Below the pieces are notes generated by a model that searched no databases, had not been told where the DNA came from, and was given only the letters and a program-made list of their open reading frames with translations. DNA of 64,000 nucleotides from an uncultured Defluviitaleaceae bacterium (GTDB lineage: Bacteria; Bacillota; Clostridia; Lachnospirales; WRBF01), in the NCBI GenBank assembly GCA_964468805.1, contig CAYXWM010000001.1:3508-67507 (forward strand), in the 5' to 3' direction. Of this stretch, positions 22,382 to 32,616 are shown piece by piece. The position numbers were made by a program, and so were the translations under genes. Numbering within the stretch: position 1 is the stretch's first letter; each line of letters opens with the position of its first letter.

Positions 22382-22463
22382 ATTATAACATGATTAGCTA
22401 AATTTTTACAGAGGTGAAAAGTTCAAAATTATCTTAGGGCATCTGCAAATTTTTTATCAGTAT

Positions 22464-23228
22464 TTACTCGTTAAAAAACTCCCTTGCAATATGCGAAAAC
22501 TCTATGGGATTTGACAATATGGCAGGATGACCGCCTTTCTCAAAAATATGCATTTTGCCGTGACCTATATTATCAAGAAAGTCTGAAAAGGTTTGTTCAT
22601 AAAAATTAGGATTAATTAATTGCACAAATTCGTCCTCTTTACTGCCGGTAAGCAGTATTTTTGACTGCAATTCACTAAGTGATTTATGATAGAATTTACC
22701 TATGGTATGTAAATGTTCATACATTGCATTTGTATCATTATCAACGACACTTTCCCAGTCTTCGCCGTGCATTTGTGAATAAAAGGATTTTGTCGCCTCA
22801 TCTTGCTTTGAAATTTCTCGCTCTTCTTTGATATTTTGAACAAACTCAACCAAAGGCTTTTCGCCTTCAAAGCTGTCGGCTATTACTTTATCTACCAAAT
22901 CCGGTCTTTCCAAAGCAACATTAATAGCCACCAAAGCTCCTCCGCTGCTGCCGATTAAATTTACTTTCGAATAACTCATCTGCTCCAAAAATGCAATGAC
23001 CTGTAATGCTTCATCAAACCATAAATCTACTGCAAATGCTCCTACTCTGTCCGACTTTCCGTGACCTAAAAAATCTAACAATATTACTTTAAAATCATCT
23101 GAGAATAAGCCGATTATTTCATCAAACATTTTAGAAGAAGCGGTATTTCCATGGAGAAAGACGATGGGTTTGCCCTCTCCTATTTCCTTGTAAAAAACAT
23201 TTTTACCCGAATACTTAAAATATGGCAT
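22464..23228 (-). CDS. Alpha/beta hydrolase
   Basis: FLHGN, DFLGHGKS, GSSGG nucleophile elbow, C-terminal GGH. Confidence 0.9.
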   Translation of the reverse strand: MPYFKYSGKNVFYKEIGEGKPIVFLHGNTASSKMFDEIIGLFSDDFKVILLDFLGHGKSDRVGAFAVDLWFDEALQVIAFLEQMSYSKVNLIGSSGGALVAINVALERPDLVDKVIADSFEGEKPLVEFVQNIKEEREISKQDEATKSFYSQMHGEDWESVVDNDTNAMYEHLHTIGKFYHKSLSELQSKILLTGSKEDEFVQLINPNFYEQTFSDFLDNIGHGKMHIFEKGGHPAILSNPIEFSHIAREFFNE

Positions 23229-23456
23229 ATTATACCCCCAGGAATGACTAAACTTTGTTATCACCAATTACAAGTTGTTATTTATACATCTTTTGATAGC
23301 CTATTAAGAACTTAAACAGAATACCGATAATTGTTGCCATATATTGCCTTAATAATGTATTAGTTAGGAATAACATAAGTTGGATTGTAAGTCAAGTATA
23401 TAAACTGTTTTTCAATGGGTCTTTAACTTGCAGGCATATCTCTATGAAGCAGAAGC

Positions 23457-23495
23457 AAAAAAGGATGGATGCCCTGTAAGACATCCATCCTTTTT
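23457..23495 (-). terminator. Terminator downstream of XRE membrane regulator
   Basis: AAAAAAGGATGGATG...CATCCATCCTTTTT. Confidence 0.75.
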
Positions 23496-23558
23496 CAGTA
23501 TGTAGGGGTGTTACAATGCCCCTGTGAAGTTTAATTAAGTAAACATATTCCCGGTGAA

Positions 23559-24389
23559 TTACATTTTCCTTTTATTAAAATAACCGATTATAAATAAGAT
23601 AACAGCGATAACAAAGAGTATACCTATTGAAATGGTGTTCCAAACGTCAAATAATTGCTCGCCTGTAAATTTTGAAACTATAAATTTAACTGCTACAGAC
23701 AACGGAGCGACCGCCCCAAAAGCAAGGCAGGTAGCATACCATCTGTTTATCTTTGTTCTTGCGAAAATACCCCAAACAGTCCATAGGTAAGTTAGAGAAA
23801 CTGCCGATATGGGTATACCTAAAGGAAACAGCCAATTACCTACGACCAATTGTTCAATAAAATAAAGGAATGGCACTATAAAGACGCTTAACGAAATAAG
23901 GGACTTTGTGCCGGCTTTTTTTTCGAAATGAAACAGTGGCATTAAAATTACCCAAGTAAACGCAACGCTTGACATTACATAAAGAGACCAAGACAATCCC
24001 CAAGAAACAGCTAAATCACAAATCAAGCAAACAACAGTTGCTAAAACGAATGAAGTTGTTATTACAAATTTAGCAATACTTCGAGAGTTCTTTTCTTTTG
24101 TAATGCTAACCTTTTGAGCATATTGCAGAGTGTTTTGAACCAATATTTCTGCTTTAGGCGTTTGGTTGTCTTCCTGCTTTCCGTTTAACAGTTCATCAAC
24201 CGTCACTCCCAGAATTTCCGCAAGCAGTGGAAGAGTGGTAATATCGGGATACCCTAACCCTCGTTCCCATTTGGAAACTGCTTTATCTGTTATGCTTAGT
24301 TTTTCAGCTAATTGTTTTTGGGTCATGTTTTTTGATTTTCTAAGCTCCGAGATATATTTAGCCATGCCGTCATTATTCAACTCAAGCAC
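23559..24389 (-). CDS. XRE-family HTH regulator with C-terminal multi-pass membrane domain
   Basis: MTQKQLAEKL.ITDKAVSKWERG..YPD; about 6 hydrophobic helices. Confidence 0.9.
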   Translation of the reverse strand: MLELNNDGMAKYISELRKSKNMTQKQLAEKLSITDKAVSKWERGLGYPDITTLPLLAEILGVTVDELLNGKQEDNQTPKAEILVQNTLQYAQKVSITKEKNSRSIAKFVITTSFVLATVVCLICDLAVSWGLSWSLYVMSSVAFTWVILMPLFHFEKKAGTKSLISLSVFIVPFLYFIEQLVVGNWLFPLGIPISAVSLTYLWTVWGIFARTKINRWYATCLAFGAVAPLSVAVKFIVSKFTGEQLFDVWNTISIGILFVIAVILFIIGYFNKRKM

Positions 24390-24549
24390 CGTCCTTTCTG
24401 CTTTAGTATAACAGGACGTCTACTGCGAAACAAGCAACTTAACGTAGATTCGGCTGAACTAAACCAATGGTAGAGTTGAATTTTTGCCTGATTTCATAAT
24501 AAAAATCTTCCCAACCGTTTTGACGGCTCTTTTTGATACTTTTCTATAT

Positions 24550-24689
24550 TATACTTAATTTCGAGTTAAGTAGTAACAAAAGCGTATATTCGTAGTGGTG
24601 AGCGACCGGTGTTTTTTTAATAAAAAACGCAAGAGCGAACCGTTTACGAAGAATAGCTTTTGTTACTATTCCTTATGCAATTAAGTATA
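24550..24689. repeat. MITE-like element family B, copy 2
   Basis: TATACTTAATT...AATTAAGTATA perfect 11-bp ends; reverse complement of 1618-1757. Confidence 0.85.
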
Positions 24690-24733
24690 GTTTTAATTCC
24701 AATACTAATAAGCCGGATGTCACAGCATCGAAG

Positions 24734-24796
24734 ATGATTTTGTTGATTAATATCGGTTTAGCATTATCGGGAGGAGGAATAAGAGCCATAAATTAG
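24734..24796 (+). pseudogene. Patatin-like phospholipase N-terminal remnant
   Basis: MILLINIGLALSGGGIRAIN* carries the patatin oxyanion motif LALSGGG.RA and stops immediately. Confidence 0.55.
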
Positions 24797-25550
24797 CAAA
24801 AGTAATATGTAAGGATTTGGGTATTAATTTACCTCTAAATCCATCTTTGAAATATACTCTATCGAAGGTTAATACAATAACCACCTTTGAAACAGGTGGA
24901 AATTGTAGAATATATATAGAAAATTAAATAGAACATTATATTTTTCTGCAAAAATGACGATGAAGATAGTAGTACCGGTCTTTTTGGTCAAAAGATATAC
25001 CAACAGAGGAATAAGTGACTTGACGAATTTTAGTGTTAAGAGAATCGCAGGCTTGATATACGGGTTTCTTTAAATTTCGCTTGTATGTTTTACAGCCGAT
25101 CATCCTGATTTACAATTGCCCATATCTTCCGGATGAACAAGAGAGAGTAAAATTATCAAGGAAAGGAGTTTAAAAATGCCTAAGTGTCAAGTAGTAAACC
25201 TAATCGATATGAAGAAAAATATGAGCAAGAGCGTAGTAAAGAACGGTTTATTTAAAACTTTATGATTATTTATGGGTTGGCGATGAGTTATGATTTGCCG
25301 GCAGCGTCCTAAAAAACTATTGACGAGGTTATAGAAGCCACAAAAAAATTGACGACTCCTGCATAGAAATGATTAATACCATATTATACCATCATCAAAA
25401 CTGAATGCTCACAATTCATTTAATGTTCAGGGACCTAGCAGGCTTAACATTACTTTATTGTGAAATTATAAAAAGCGTTTGTGGAATAAATTGAATTATG
25501 AAATGATTGACCTGAATTACTATTAATTACTATTAATTACTTATGGAGGT

Positions 25551-28500
25551 TTGATGACTATGAAAAAGTTCAGAAATGCGCTCAGTTTATTAGTAATAAT
25601 TGCTTTAGTACTTAATCTTCTGTTTAATTCAATTATTACACACGCTCAAGACAATATTACTGACACGGAAATTACGGCCAACGGAGAATTCCATCTGACA
25701 GGCTTGGTTCGTCCGCCTATTATGGACCCACCCACAGATGAGACTTTAACGGAAAGGATTCGTCCGTTCTTTTTGCTACCTTCCTCATATGATGCCGGAA
25801 TGTATCAATCTTCTGTCAAACAGCAAAAAGTAAACATATGCTGGAGTTATGCGACTATTGCCGCTATTGAGGCTTCTACAATCAAAAACGGCGGCGATGC
25901 GAATATAAACCTTTCCGAAGCTCATGCAGCCTATGCCTTAAGCTCTGACGGCGGAAATATATATGGATTTGACAGGGGTGTAAACGATGGTGGCTCTAGC
26001 ATATCTGCCATGGCCTACCTTATGCGAGGTCAGTTAAAAGGAGCTGTCAAAGAGAGCGACGACCCATTTTCCGGCAACTCCTTACCTGTGCGAAATGTTG
26101 ACGTAACGAGCAACAAACCTGTTTCATATAATGTACCGAATGTTTATCGCTTAACAACAATGGATTACAACATGAGTTCACATATGGATGTAATTAAAGA
26201 AGCGGTTATGACCTACGGAGCAGTAGCTACAGGTATGTTTGTTCCGCCGGAGATGCAGTCTAATTCGAACCCCAACCATGCTTATTATGTGGATAAAAGC
26301 AGAGGGAACGTCCTTAATGTAGCTTTAAATTCACATGCAGTGACTATTGTCGGCTGGGACGATAATTATCCAAAAACTAATTTTATGTCTGCGTACATAC
26401 AACCTCCAAGCAACGGCGCTTGGCTTATCAAAAACAGTTGGGGAACGAATTGGGGAAATAACGGATATGGTTGGATTTCCTATTATGACGCTGAAATAGG
26501 CATTGACAGCTATGCTTATGATCCTGTAGAGCCTTACGACCCCTCTAAAAACATACATGAACATGATCCATTTGGATATATGGGCTATAGCCGGTATTCT
26601 TACGGTGCCAATGTGTTTACCGCAGCACCGGGAAGAACCCTTACAGAAGCAAAGGTGTATGCCGCAAAAGCTCAAGATAGGATAGAATTATATGTTGTAC
26701 CATATTACACAAATACCTCCGATTTGGATATCACGGGGCAAACTCCGGCAGGAGTGCTGGAAAATGTTCATATGGGATATCATACTGTGAAGTTGGATTA
26801 CCCTGCCATAGTGGGTGAAAAGTTTGCGATTGTGGCAAAATTTCGCAGTCAGATTTTACCTTTACAAATGAGGCTTCCCGGGTATACGAGCCAAGCTTCT
26901 TCAAGCCCCGGGATAAGTTATGCTTCAGATAACGCAAGACGTTGGGCGGATTTACATAGTATCTGGGGCGACTCCATTATTAACATTAAGGCTGTTACCC
27001 AACAATTACCTACGACAACTATTACCATTGCCGATATCCCGGGAATTGTACCCCCTGTAGAAGGGCAGATTCCGGTAACAGATAGGATAGAAACAGACCA
27101 ATATTTTGGAACGGTTACTTGGGACGGCAATCCAAGCTTTTTTAACTTTGGAACTGCGTATTCCGCTATCATTGAGCTTACGCCAAAAGTAGGCTATACG
27201 TACTTGGACATAGCTCCGAACTTTTTTAAAGTAGCTGGGGCAAGCTCTGTTACAAACGCCGGCGGAAGTAGAACTATTACTGCTGTTTTCCCGACAACTA
27301 ATCAAGGTGCTGACGTTTTTTATTTGGATAAAAACGGTGTTTTACAAACGAAAAATAATGTTACGCCACTTCAAGGGCTAAGCAACGTAAACACGGGATG
27401 GTACGTTGTAAAAGATAATATGACAATAAATACTCGTGTTGTAATCAACGGTAATGTTAATATTATCCTGGCTGATGGAACTCATTTGGAAACAAAACGT
27501 GGTATTACGGTGTCACCGGGCAACAGCTTGACCATATATTCTCAATCCAATGGCAATTTGGCAGGGCGGTTGACATCTACAGGCTCAGACGGAGCAGCTA
27601 TAGGTGGCGCTGCTCCTACTGATTCCTTACCCAATGGGTCAGCCGGAACTATAACTATAAATGGTGGAATCATTACTGCCAGAGCAGCTTCACCCTATAT
27701 GAACGACGGACATGCCGGTATAGGCGGAGCAGCAGGGAATCGTAATTATCCCAGCGGTAATGGAGGCACAATCACTATAAACGGCGGAGTGGTTACTGCA
27801 ACAGGCATTTATCAGGGCGCAGGAATAGGTGGCGGAGGTAATTCAACTGTTTACTCCCCTCCGGGTGCTGCGCCAACTCCCGGTTCAGGCGGTACAATTA
27901 CTATAAATGGCGGGGTGGTTACCGCAACAAGCGCTTTTCTGCCAATTAACGGCATAGGCGCGGGCAGTAAAGGTTATACAAACAGTGACTACGGCGCTCC
28001 GGGAACGTTTACTATGAACGGAAACGCAGTGGTATTCGCCAACCGTGTAGGAGATACAAGCGCCAAAACAAGTGGCATATTATTTGACTATAGCCAAGGA
28101 GACAAAGGATTTTTCTACGGCAGCACTGTTACGCCAACAAATAATTTTACAATTCCCGAGGACAGTACGCTGCTTGTTCCAAACGGCAGTAAATTGATAC
28201 TCAACCCTGATGTGACAATGACCAATAACGGTATAGTTGATCCTAAAGACGGAAGCACAGTAACAGTCAAAAGCGAGGTTAGTGTTCAACCAAATAAAAT
28301 AAATGGTGCGAATGTTGAAAATATAGCTTTATCAGAATTAACTCACAATACTGTCACCATAAACCCTTCGGCTTTAAAAGTTAGAACTGAACAGGATTTG
28401 GAATACGCAAAGAGTATAACATCGGTTCCTCCTTCAAATGATGATGAATGGCAGGATGGTTTAATATTTATCGGGCTTGATCCTGATACAGATTATTATT

Positions 28501-31286
28501 TCTTCGCACGCTCAAAAGAGAATGTCAATTTCAAAAAAGGTGCTGCGTCCGGTTATTTGGCGGTGAGAACTGCTATTGAACCGGGATTTATTATAGGTGC
28601 GCAAGATGGAGTAATGCCCTCTGTCAATTCAGAAGGAACAGCTTTATATGAAATTAAGGCAACAAATTTTGCTGATGGCACATATCAGGTTTTTATATCA
28701 AATGACACAGCTGCTGATTTGTATGTGCGGGCGCGAAATATTACATTCAAAAGCGGAGTAGGTAAATTGATTCTGGAAACCACAGAACTGACTCCTCCGG
28801 GTAAGCATAACATTTTGATTACTATTGACGGCGTGACTTTGGAAGGATTAACCTTGACTATAGAGCCGGCAGGGAACTTCTCTCATCCTGAAATTAACAC
28901 TACATATAAACCGGAACACTATCTCGAAGATTTAATCCTTTCGCCTGATTATGAATGGTCGTCTCCTGTCAACATATTATTTGCAGGAGAAGGTCAACAA
29001 TTTTCGGCTATTTACAATGACCCATATGGCAAAAGTATTCGTGGAAATATTACAGTGAATGTGGCGAAAGCGCCGCTGATTCCTCCGCAGCCAAATGCAT
29101 TGACAGCAACTTACGGGCAAACCCTTGCCGACCTTATCCTTGAAACCGGTTTTTCTTGGAAAGATGAATTAACAACCCCGGTAGGGAACGTTACTGAAAC
29201 CGGAAGACCGTTTACTGTTATCTATACATCTCAGGATAGCTCCTTAGATAGAAACAACTACCACCATACTGCCGAAACTCAGATTACTGTTAAAGTTTTG
29301 CCAATGCCGGTTGAAGTGACCGGCGTAACCGTCAATCCCTCCACAGTAACGGTGCAGAAAGGCAGAACTCATCAATTCAGCGCAACGGTAGACGGAGTAA
29401 ATAACCCGGACCAAAGCGTATCGTGGAGTGTAGCAAACGGTACAGGCATAACAAGTATAGCAGCAGATGGTATATTGACTATTGACGCAGATGAAACAGA
29501 GGCGACATTGACTGTAACCGCCACATCATCGGTTGATAGTACAAAATTTGGTACGGCGACAGTAACTGTGACTGACGACCCACCACTGACACCAACTGTT
29601 ACAGATGTTGTAGTTTCTCCGGAGACTTATACAATGAATCCGGGTGAAACGCATGTATTCAGTGCTGTAGTTAACGGTTTAAACGATCCACAGCAGAGTG
29701 TAATATGGACAGTCGAAGGCGGTAGTACAGAAACATCTATCACGTCAGGTGGCGCATTGACTGTTTCGCTGAATGAAACAGCAACGGAGCTAAACGTTAG
29801 GGCAACCTCCACAGACGACTCTACTAAATTTGGCACAGCAACCGTAACGGTGACGCACGGGGATGTTGCGGAGACAACCTACACCGTGAATGTAATCGGC
29901 AGTTATGCATCCGTCACAGGCGCAGGTGATTACGCTCCGGGCGAGACAGTAACCATATACGCAGGAAGCAGAACTAACTACAGTTTCAACGGTTGGACAG
30001 TCGTCGGCGCGACGCCTGCTACCACATACGCAACAACTACGTTCATAATGCCTAATAACGACGTAACGGTAACAGCAAATTGGAGATATTCCGGAAGCAG
30101 CAGTAGTGGTGGAAGTTATTACCCGCCCTCAACTAAAACAACTACTACACCACCTCCGGTTGCACCTTCGTCAAACACCGTAAAGGGTTCGGTAAACGGC
30201 ATAGGTGTTGATTTTACTAAAAATGAAGATGACAGCGTTTCTTTGCATATAAAAGCGGATGATGTTTCCAAATATCCCGTGAAAAAGAATTTTGTCATTG
30301 AGATAAAAGAACAATCTGCTTTCAATGTGAGTTTTTCTATATCGGCAATATTAAAAGATAACGTTTCGGTTGTTCAAATAAAATCCGACTACGGCATAGT
30401 GATCCTAAATAAAAAGATGCTTGAAAAGTTCATGGCACAATACGGCGATACGTTTGAAATATCCGTAAAAGCCGGCAGCTTCATAGTGGAGTTCTTGAAA
30501 AACGGTAAGGCCTTCAGCTACAACGATCCCACGAACCCATTTATCTTAAGCATACCTGTGAGTTCTGTTGCAGACACAAGTGTGCTTGGCTATGTAGCAA
30601 TCAAAAAGGAATCTACAAGCAACAGCATAATACCATACAGCGTATATAAAGACGGCAAAATAACCTTCCAAACAACTGCCACAGGTACATTCGACGTTAT
30701 ACATAATGACAGGACATTCACAGATGTAACGACCCATTGGGCGGCTGACAATATTACGTTCGTCGCATCACTTGAATTGTTCCGCGGCACAGGAGACGGC
30801 GAGTTCAGCCCCGATACGTCAATGACTCGCGCAATGTTTGCGCAGGCACTTGCCAATATTGAGGGCGTTGACTTGTCTGCATACAAAACTACGAGCTTTG
30901 CAGACGTAACAGTTGGCGCATGGTATGCCCCGGCTGTGGAATGGGCATCGTCTGCCGGTATCGTCAATGGCTACGGTAACGGATTATTCGAACCGAATGA
31001 CAGTATCACTCGCGAACAGATGGCGGTCATGTTGATGAACTATATTAATTATAAAGGATATGAACTGCCATCAACAAAAAAACCGGCGTTCAACGATGAA
31101 ACGGACATTTCATCATGGGCACTCAGCGCAGTGAAGCGTGCCCAAGACACAATCATAATCAGCGGCAAACCGAACAATCTATACGACCCACATGGTACGG
31201 CAAGTCGCGCTGAAGTCGCTACCATTTTAGCACGTTTTATCAATATGCATGTCAATAATATTGCAGATGTAGAATTTGACAAATAA
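25551..31286 (+). CDS. SLH-anchored multidomain papain-like (C1A) cysteine protease
   Basis: Signal peptide; Q....ICWSY, HAVTIVGWDD, KNSWG catalytic motifs; Gly-rich GTITINGG repeats, two Ig-like repeats, C-terminal SLH repeats (TRAMFA, TREQMA, SRAEVA). Confidence 0.9.
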   Translation: MMTMKKFRNALSLLVIIALVLNLLFNSIITHAQDNITDTEITANGEFHLTGLVRPPIMDPPTDETLTERIRPFFLLPSSYDAGMYQSSVKQQKVNICWSYATIAAIEASTIKNGGDANINLSEAHAAYALSSDGGNIYGFDRGVNDGGSSISAMAYLMRGQLKGAVKESDDPFSGNSLPVRNVDVTSNKPVSYNVPNVYRLTTMDYNMSSHMDVIKEAVMTYGAVATGMFVPPEMQSNSNPNHAYYVDKSRGNVLNVALNSHAVTIVGWDDNYPKTNFMSAYIQPPSNGAWLIKNSWGTNWGNNGYGWISYYDAEIGIDSYAYDPVEPYDPSKNIHEHDPFGYMGYSRYSYGANVFTAAPGRTLTEAKVYAAKAQDRIELYVVPYYTNTSDLDITGQTPAGVLENVHMGYHTVKLDYPAIVGEKFAIVAKFRSQILPLQMRLPGYTSQASSSPGISYASDNARRWADLHSIWGDSIINIKAVTQQLPTTTITIADIPGIVPPVEGQIPVTDRIETDQYFGTVTWDGNPSFFNFGTAYSAIIELTPKVGYTYLDIAPNFFKVAGASSVTNAGGSRTITAVFPTTNQGADVFYLDKNGVLQTKNNVTPLQGLSNVNTGWYVVKDNMTINTRVVINGNVNIILADGTHLETKRGITVSPGNSLTIYSQSNGNLAGRLTSTGSDGAAIGGAAPTDSLPNGSAGTITINGGIITARAASPYMNDGHAGIGGAAGNRNYPSGNGGTITINGGVVTATGIYQGAGIGGGGNSTVYSPPGAAPTPGSGGTITINGGVVTATSAFLPINGIGAGSKGYTNSDYGAPGTFTMNGNAVVFANRVGDTSAKTSGILFDYSQGDKGFFYGSTVTPTNNFTIPEDSTLLVPNGSKLILNPDVTMTNNGIVDPKDGSTVTVKSEVSVQPNKINGANVENIALSELTHNTVTINPSALKVRTEQDLEYAKSITSVPPSNDDEWQDGLIFIGLDPDTDYYFFARSKENVNFKKGAASGYLAVRTAIEPGFIIGAQDGVMPSVNSEGTALYEIKATNFADGTYQVFISNDTAADLYVRARNITFKSGVGKLILETTELTPPGKHNILITIDGVTLEGLTLTIEPAGNFSHPEINTTYKPEHYLEDLILSPDYEWSSPVNILFAGEGQQFSAIYNDPYGKSIRGNITVNVAKAPLIPPQPNALTATYGQTLADLILETGFSWKDELTTPVGNVTETGRPFTVIYTSQDSSLDRNNYHHTAETQITVKVLPMPVEVTGVTVNPSTVTVQKGRTHQFSATVDGVNNPDQSVSWSVANGTGITSIAADGILTIDADETEATLTVTATSSVDSTKFGTATVTVTDDPPLTPTVTDVVVSPETYTMNPGETHVFSAVVNGLNDPQQSVIWTVEGGSTETSITSGGALTVSLNETATELNVRATSTDDSTKFGTATVTVTHGDVAETTYTVNVIGSYASVTGAGDYAPGETVTIYAGSRTNYSFNGWTVVGATPATTYATTTFIMPNNDVTVTANWRYSGSSSSGGSYYPPSTKTTTTPPPVAPSSNTVKGSVNGIGVDFTKNEDDSVSLHIKADDVSKYPVKKNFVIEIKEQSAFNVSFSISAILKDNVSVVQIKSDYGIVILNKKMLEKFMAQYGDTFEISVKAGSFIVEFLKNGKAFSYNDPTNPFILSIPVSSVADTSVLGYVAIKKESTSNSIIPYSVYKDGKITFQTTATGTFDVIHNDRTFTDVTTHWAADNITFVASLELFRGTGDGEFSPDTSMTRAMFAQALANIEGVDLSAYKTTSFADVTVGAWYAPAVEWASSAGIVNGYGNGLFEPNDSITREQMAVMLMNYINYKGYELPSTKKPAFNDETDISSWALSAVKRAQDTIIISGKPNNLYDPHGTASRAEVATILARFINMHVNNIADVEFDK

Positions 31287-31305
31287 CACCGGAATAATAT
31301 AGACT

Positions 31306-31340
31306 GAGCCACCTTTTCGTATACAAAAGGTGGCTCTTTT
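31306..31340 (+). terminator. Intrinsic terminator
   Basis: GAGCCACCTTTT-cgtatac-AAAAGGTGGCTC-TTTT. Confidence 0.85.
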
Positions 31341-31373
31341 GCCGATATAGATAAGCATCATTACTTTTACTAC

Positions 31374-31527
31374 GGCAAAACAGGGCAACGCCGGAGAGCG
31401 ACCCGACGCAGCCGTGGCTTTATACGGTAAAAGGCGGTGGGTGAAAACCTACCGCCTTTTACATTTACCGGTAATGCCTAAAGCTGATAAACTCCGGGTG
31501 TGTGCAGAGCCCGCGGTTTTAAGCTGC
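31374..31527 (+). other. GC-rich structured intergenic element (candidate ncRNA or cis element)
   Basis: 16-bp stem with GAAA loop at 31427-31462, nested in further potential pairings. Confidence 0.35.
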
Positions 31528-31692
31528 AAATCTCTCGGCAAAGAAAATTTTAATCTGACTGTAAACCATTTCCCAATCTCGTGCCGGCTACGTTCAACAC
31601 AAATTTTATTCAGTCATCATAAACAGGAGTAATGCAGAAATGGACAACCTTATTCATTATCACAGCCATACGGACAGGCTCTTGTTAAGAGA

Positions 31693-31944
31693 GTGAATAC
31701 TAAAGTAAATGAACTCACCGAAGAAATAGAACGGCTTAACAAAGAAAAAGAGCGATTGCAAGATAACCTAAGCTTCCTTATCGATAAGGAGTTTCAGCTT
31801 GATATAATTACAAACGCTCTATTCGGTTTAAAAACATACTTTAAGGAAATGACTGTTCCTGAAAATCCAACGCTCATAAAGCTGTTGGTTCAGAAGATAG
31901 AGTGGGACGGACGGGACCTACATATTATTATATACGGCGAGTAG
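31693..31944 (+). pseudogene. C-terminal remnant of a large serine recombinase
   Basis: Coiled coil followed by LIKLLVQKIEWDG..LHI, resembling LSR C-termini; no catalytic domain upstream. Confidence 0.6.
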
Positions 31945-32011
31945 CAAACTATCAGCCGCCTACTCGTAGCACAAGGAATAAAACAGTTACCACAGCTATG
32001 GTGGTGCATTT

Positions 32012-32491
32012 TCAATCATTAATCGCCTCAATGCCCATTTCTTCAAGTTTAGCAAGGTGTTCACGCATATTTTTGAGTAATTCCGGTGAATGTCCTTTCC
32101 AATCCGTTACTTCGCCGGTTACTCGCAGTGGATGTTGGGTACGATAAGACCTTGTAGGGTTGCCGGGAAACTTCTTATCCGTAAGATTGGGGTCGTTCTC
32201 GAAAATGCCGGTCGGCTCTACTTGATAAATTCGTCCGGATCTGTCACCCAAAGCAAGCTCCGCTCCCCAAACAGCCGCATCCATGGTGCCGGTAAAATAG
32301 ACGTAGTTGGCTTTCTTACGACCGCCGTAATTTGAGTTATGACCCGGTTCCAACAAATCACCGGGCTTTAAATCGGATTTTGTGCCATGGAAGAAGGGTC
32401 CGGGGTCTAAGGCTTTGTCGCCCGGGAATGGCAAATTAGGTTGTTGCATATCATCATCTTTTGTTTCGATGCCATCCATTCTTTTATCCAT
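32012..32491 (-). CDS. arr: NAD(+)-rifampin ADP-ribosyltransferase
   Basis: FFHGTK, YVYFT, AVWGAELA, YQVEPTG.FENDPNLTDKKFPGNPTRSYR; AAGGAGG RBS. Confidence 0.93.
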   Translation of the reverse strand: MDKRMDGIETKDDDMQQPNLPFPGDKALDPGPFFHGTKSDLKPGDLLEPGHNSNYGGRKKANYVYFTGTMDAAVWGAELALGDRSGRIYQVEPTGIFENDPNLTDKKFPGNPTRSYRTQHPLRVTGEVTDWKGHSPELLKNMREHLAKLEEMGIEAIND

Positions 32492-32616
32492 AATAATCCC
32501 TCCTTAATTAGTCCGGTATTTCCGTAATAACAATAAACTTTCACTGCGACAATACTATCCCGGGTTCCGGTAAAAAGGCACTTTGTGTCATACTATGCCC
32601 AAGATACTTCTTTTTA

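Noticed and set aside
31374-31420. Firm c-di-GMP-I riboswitch call
   Set aside because: Only partial motif match; GACGCAAAGC and normal P3 not present
31414-31632. 72-aa ORF
   Set aside because: No SD, overlies a strong stem-loop, no recognisable motifs
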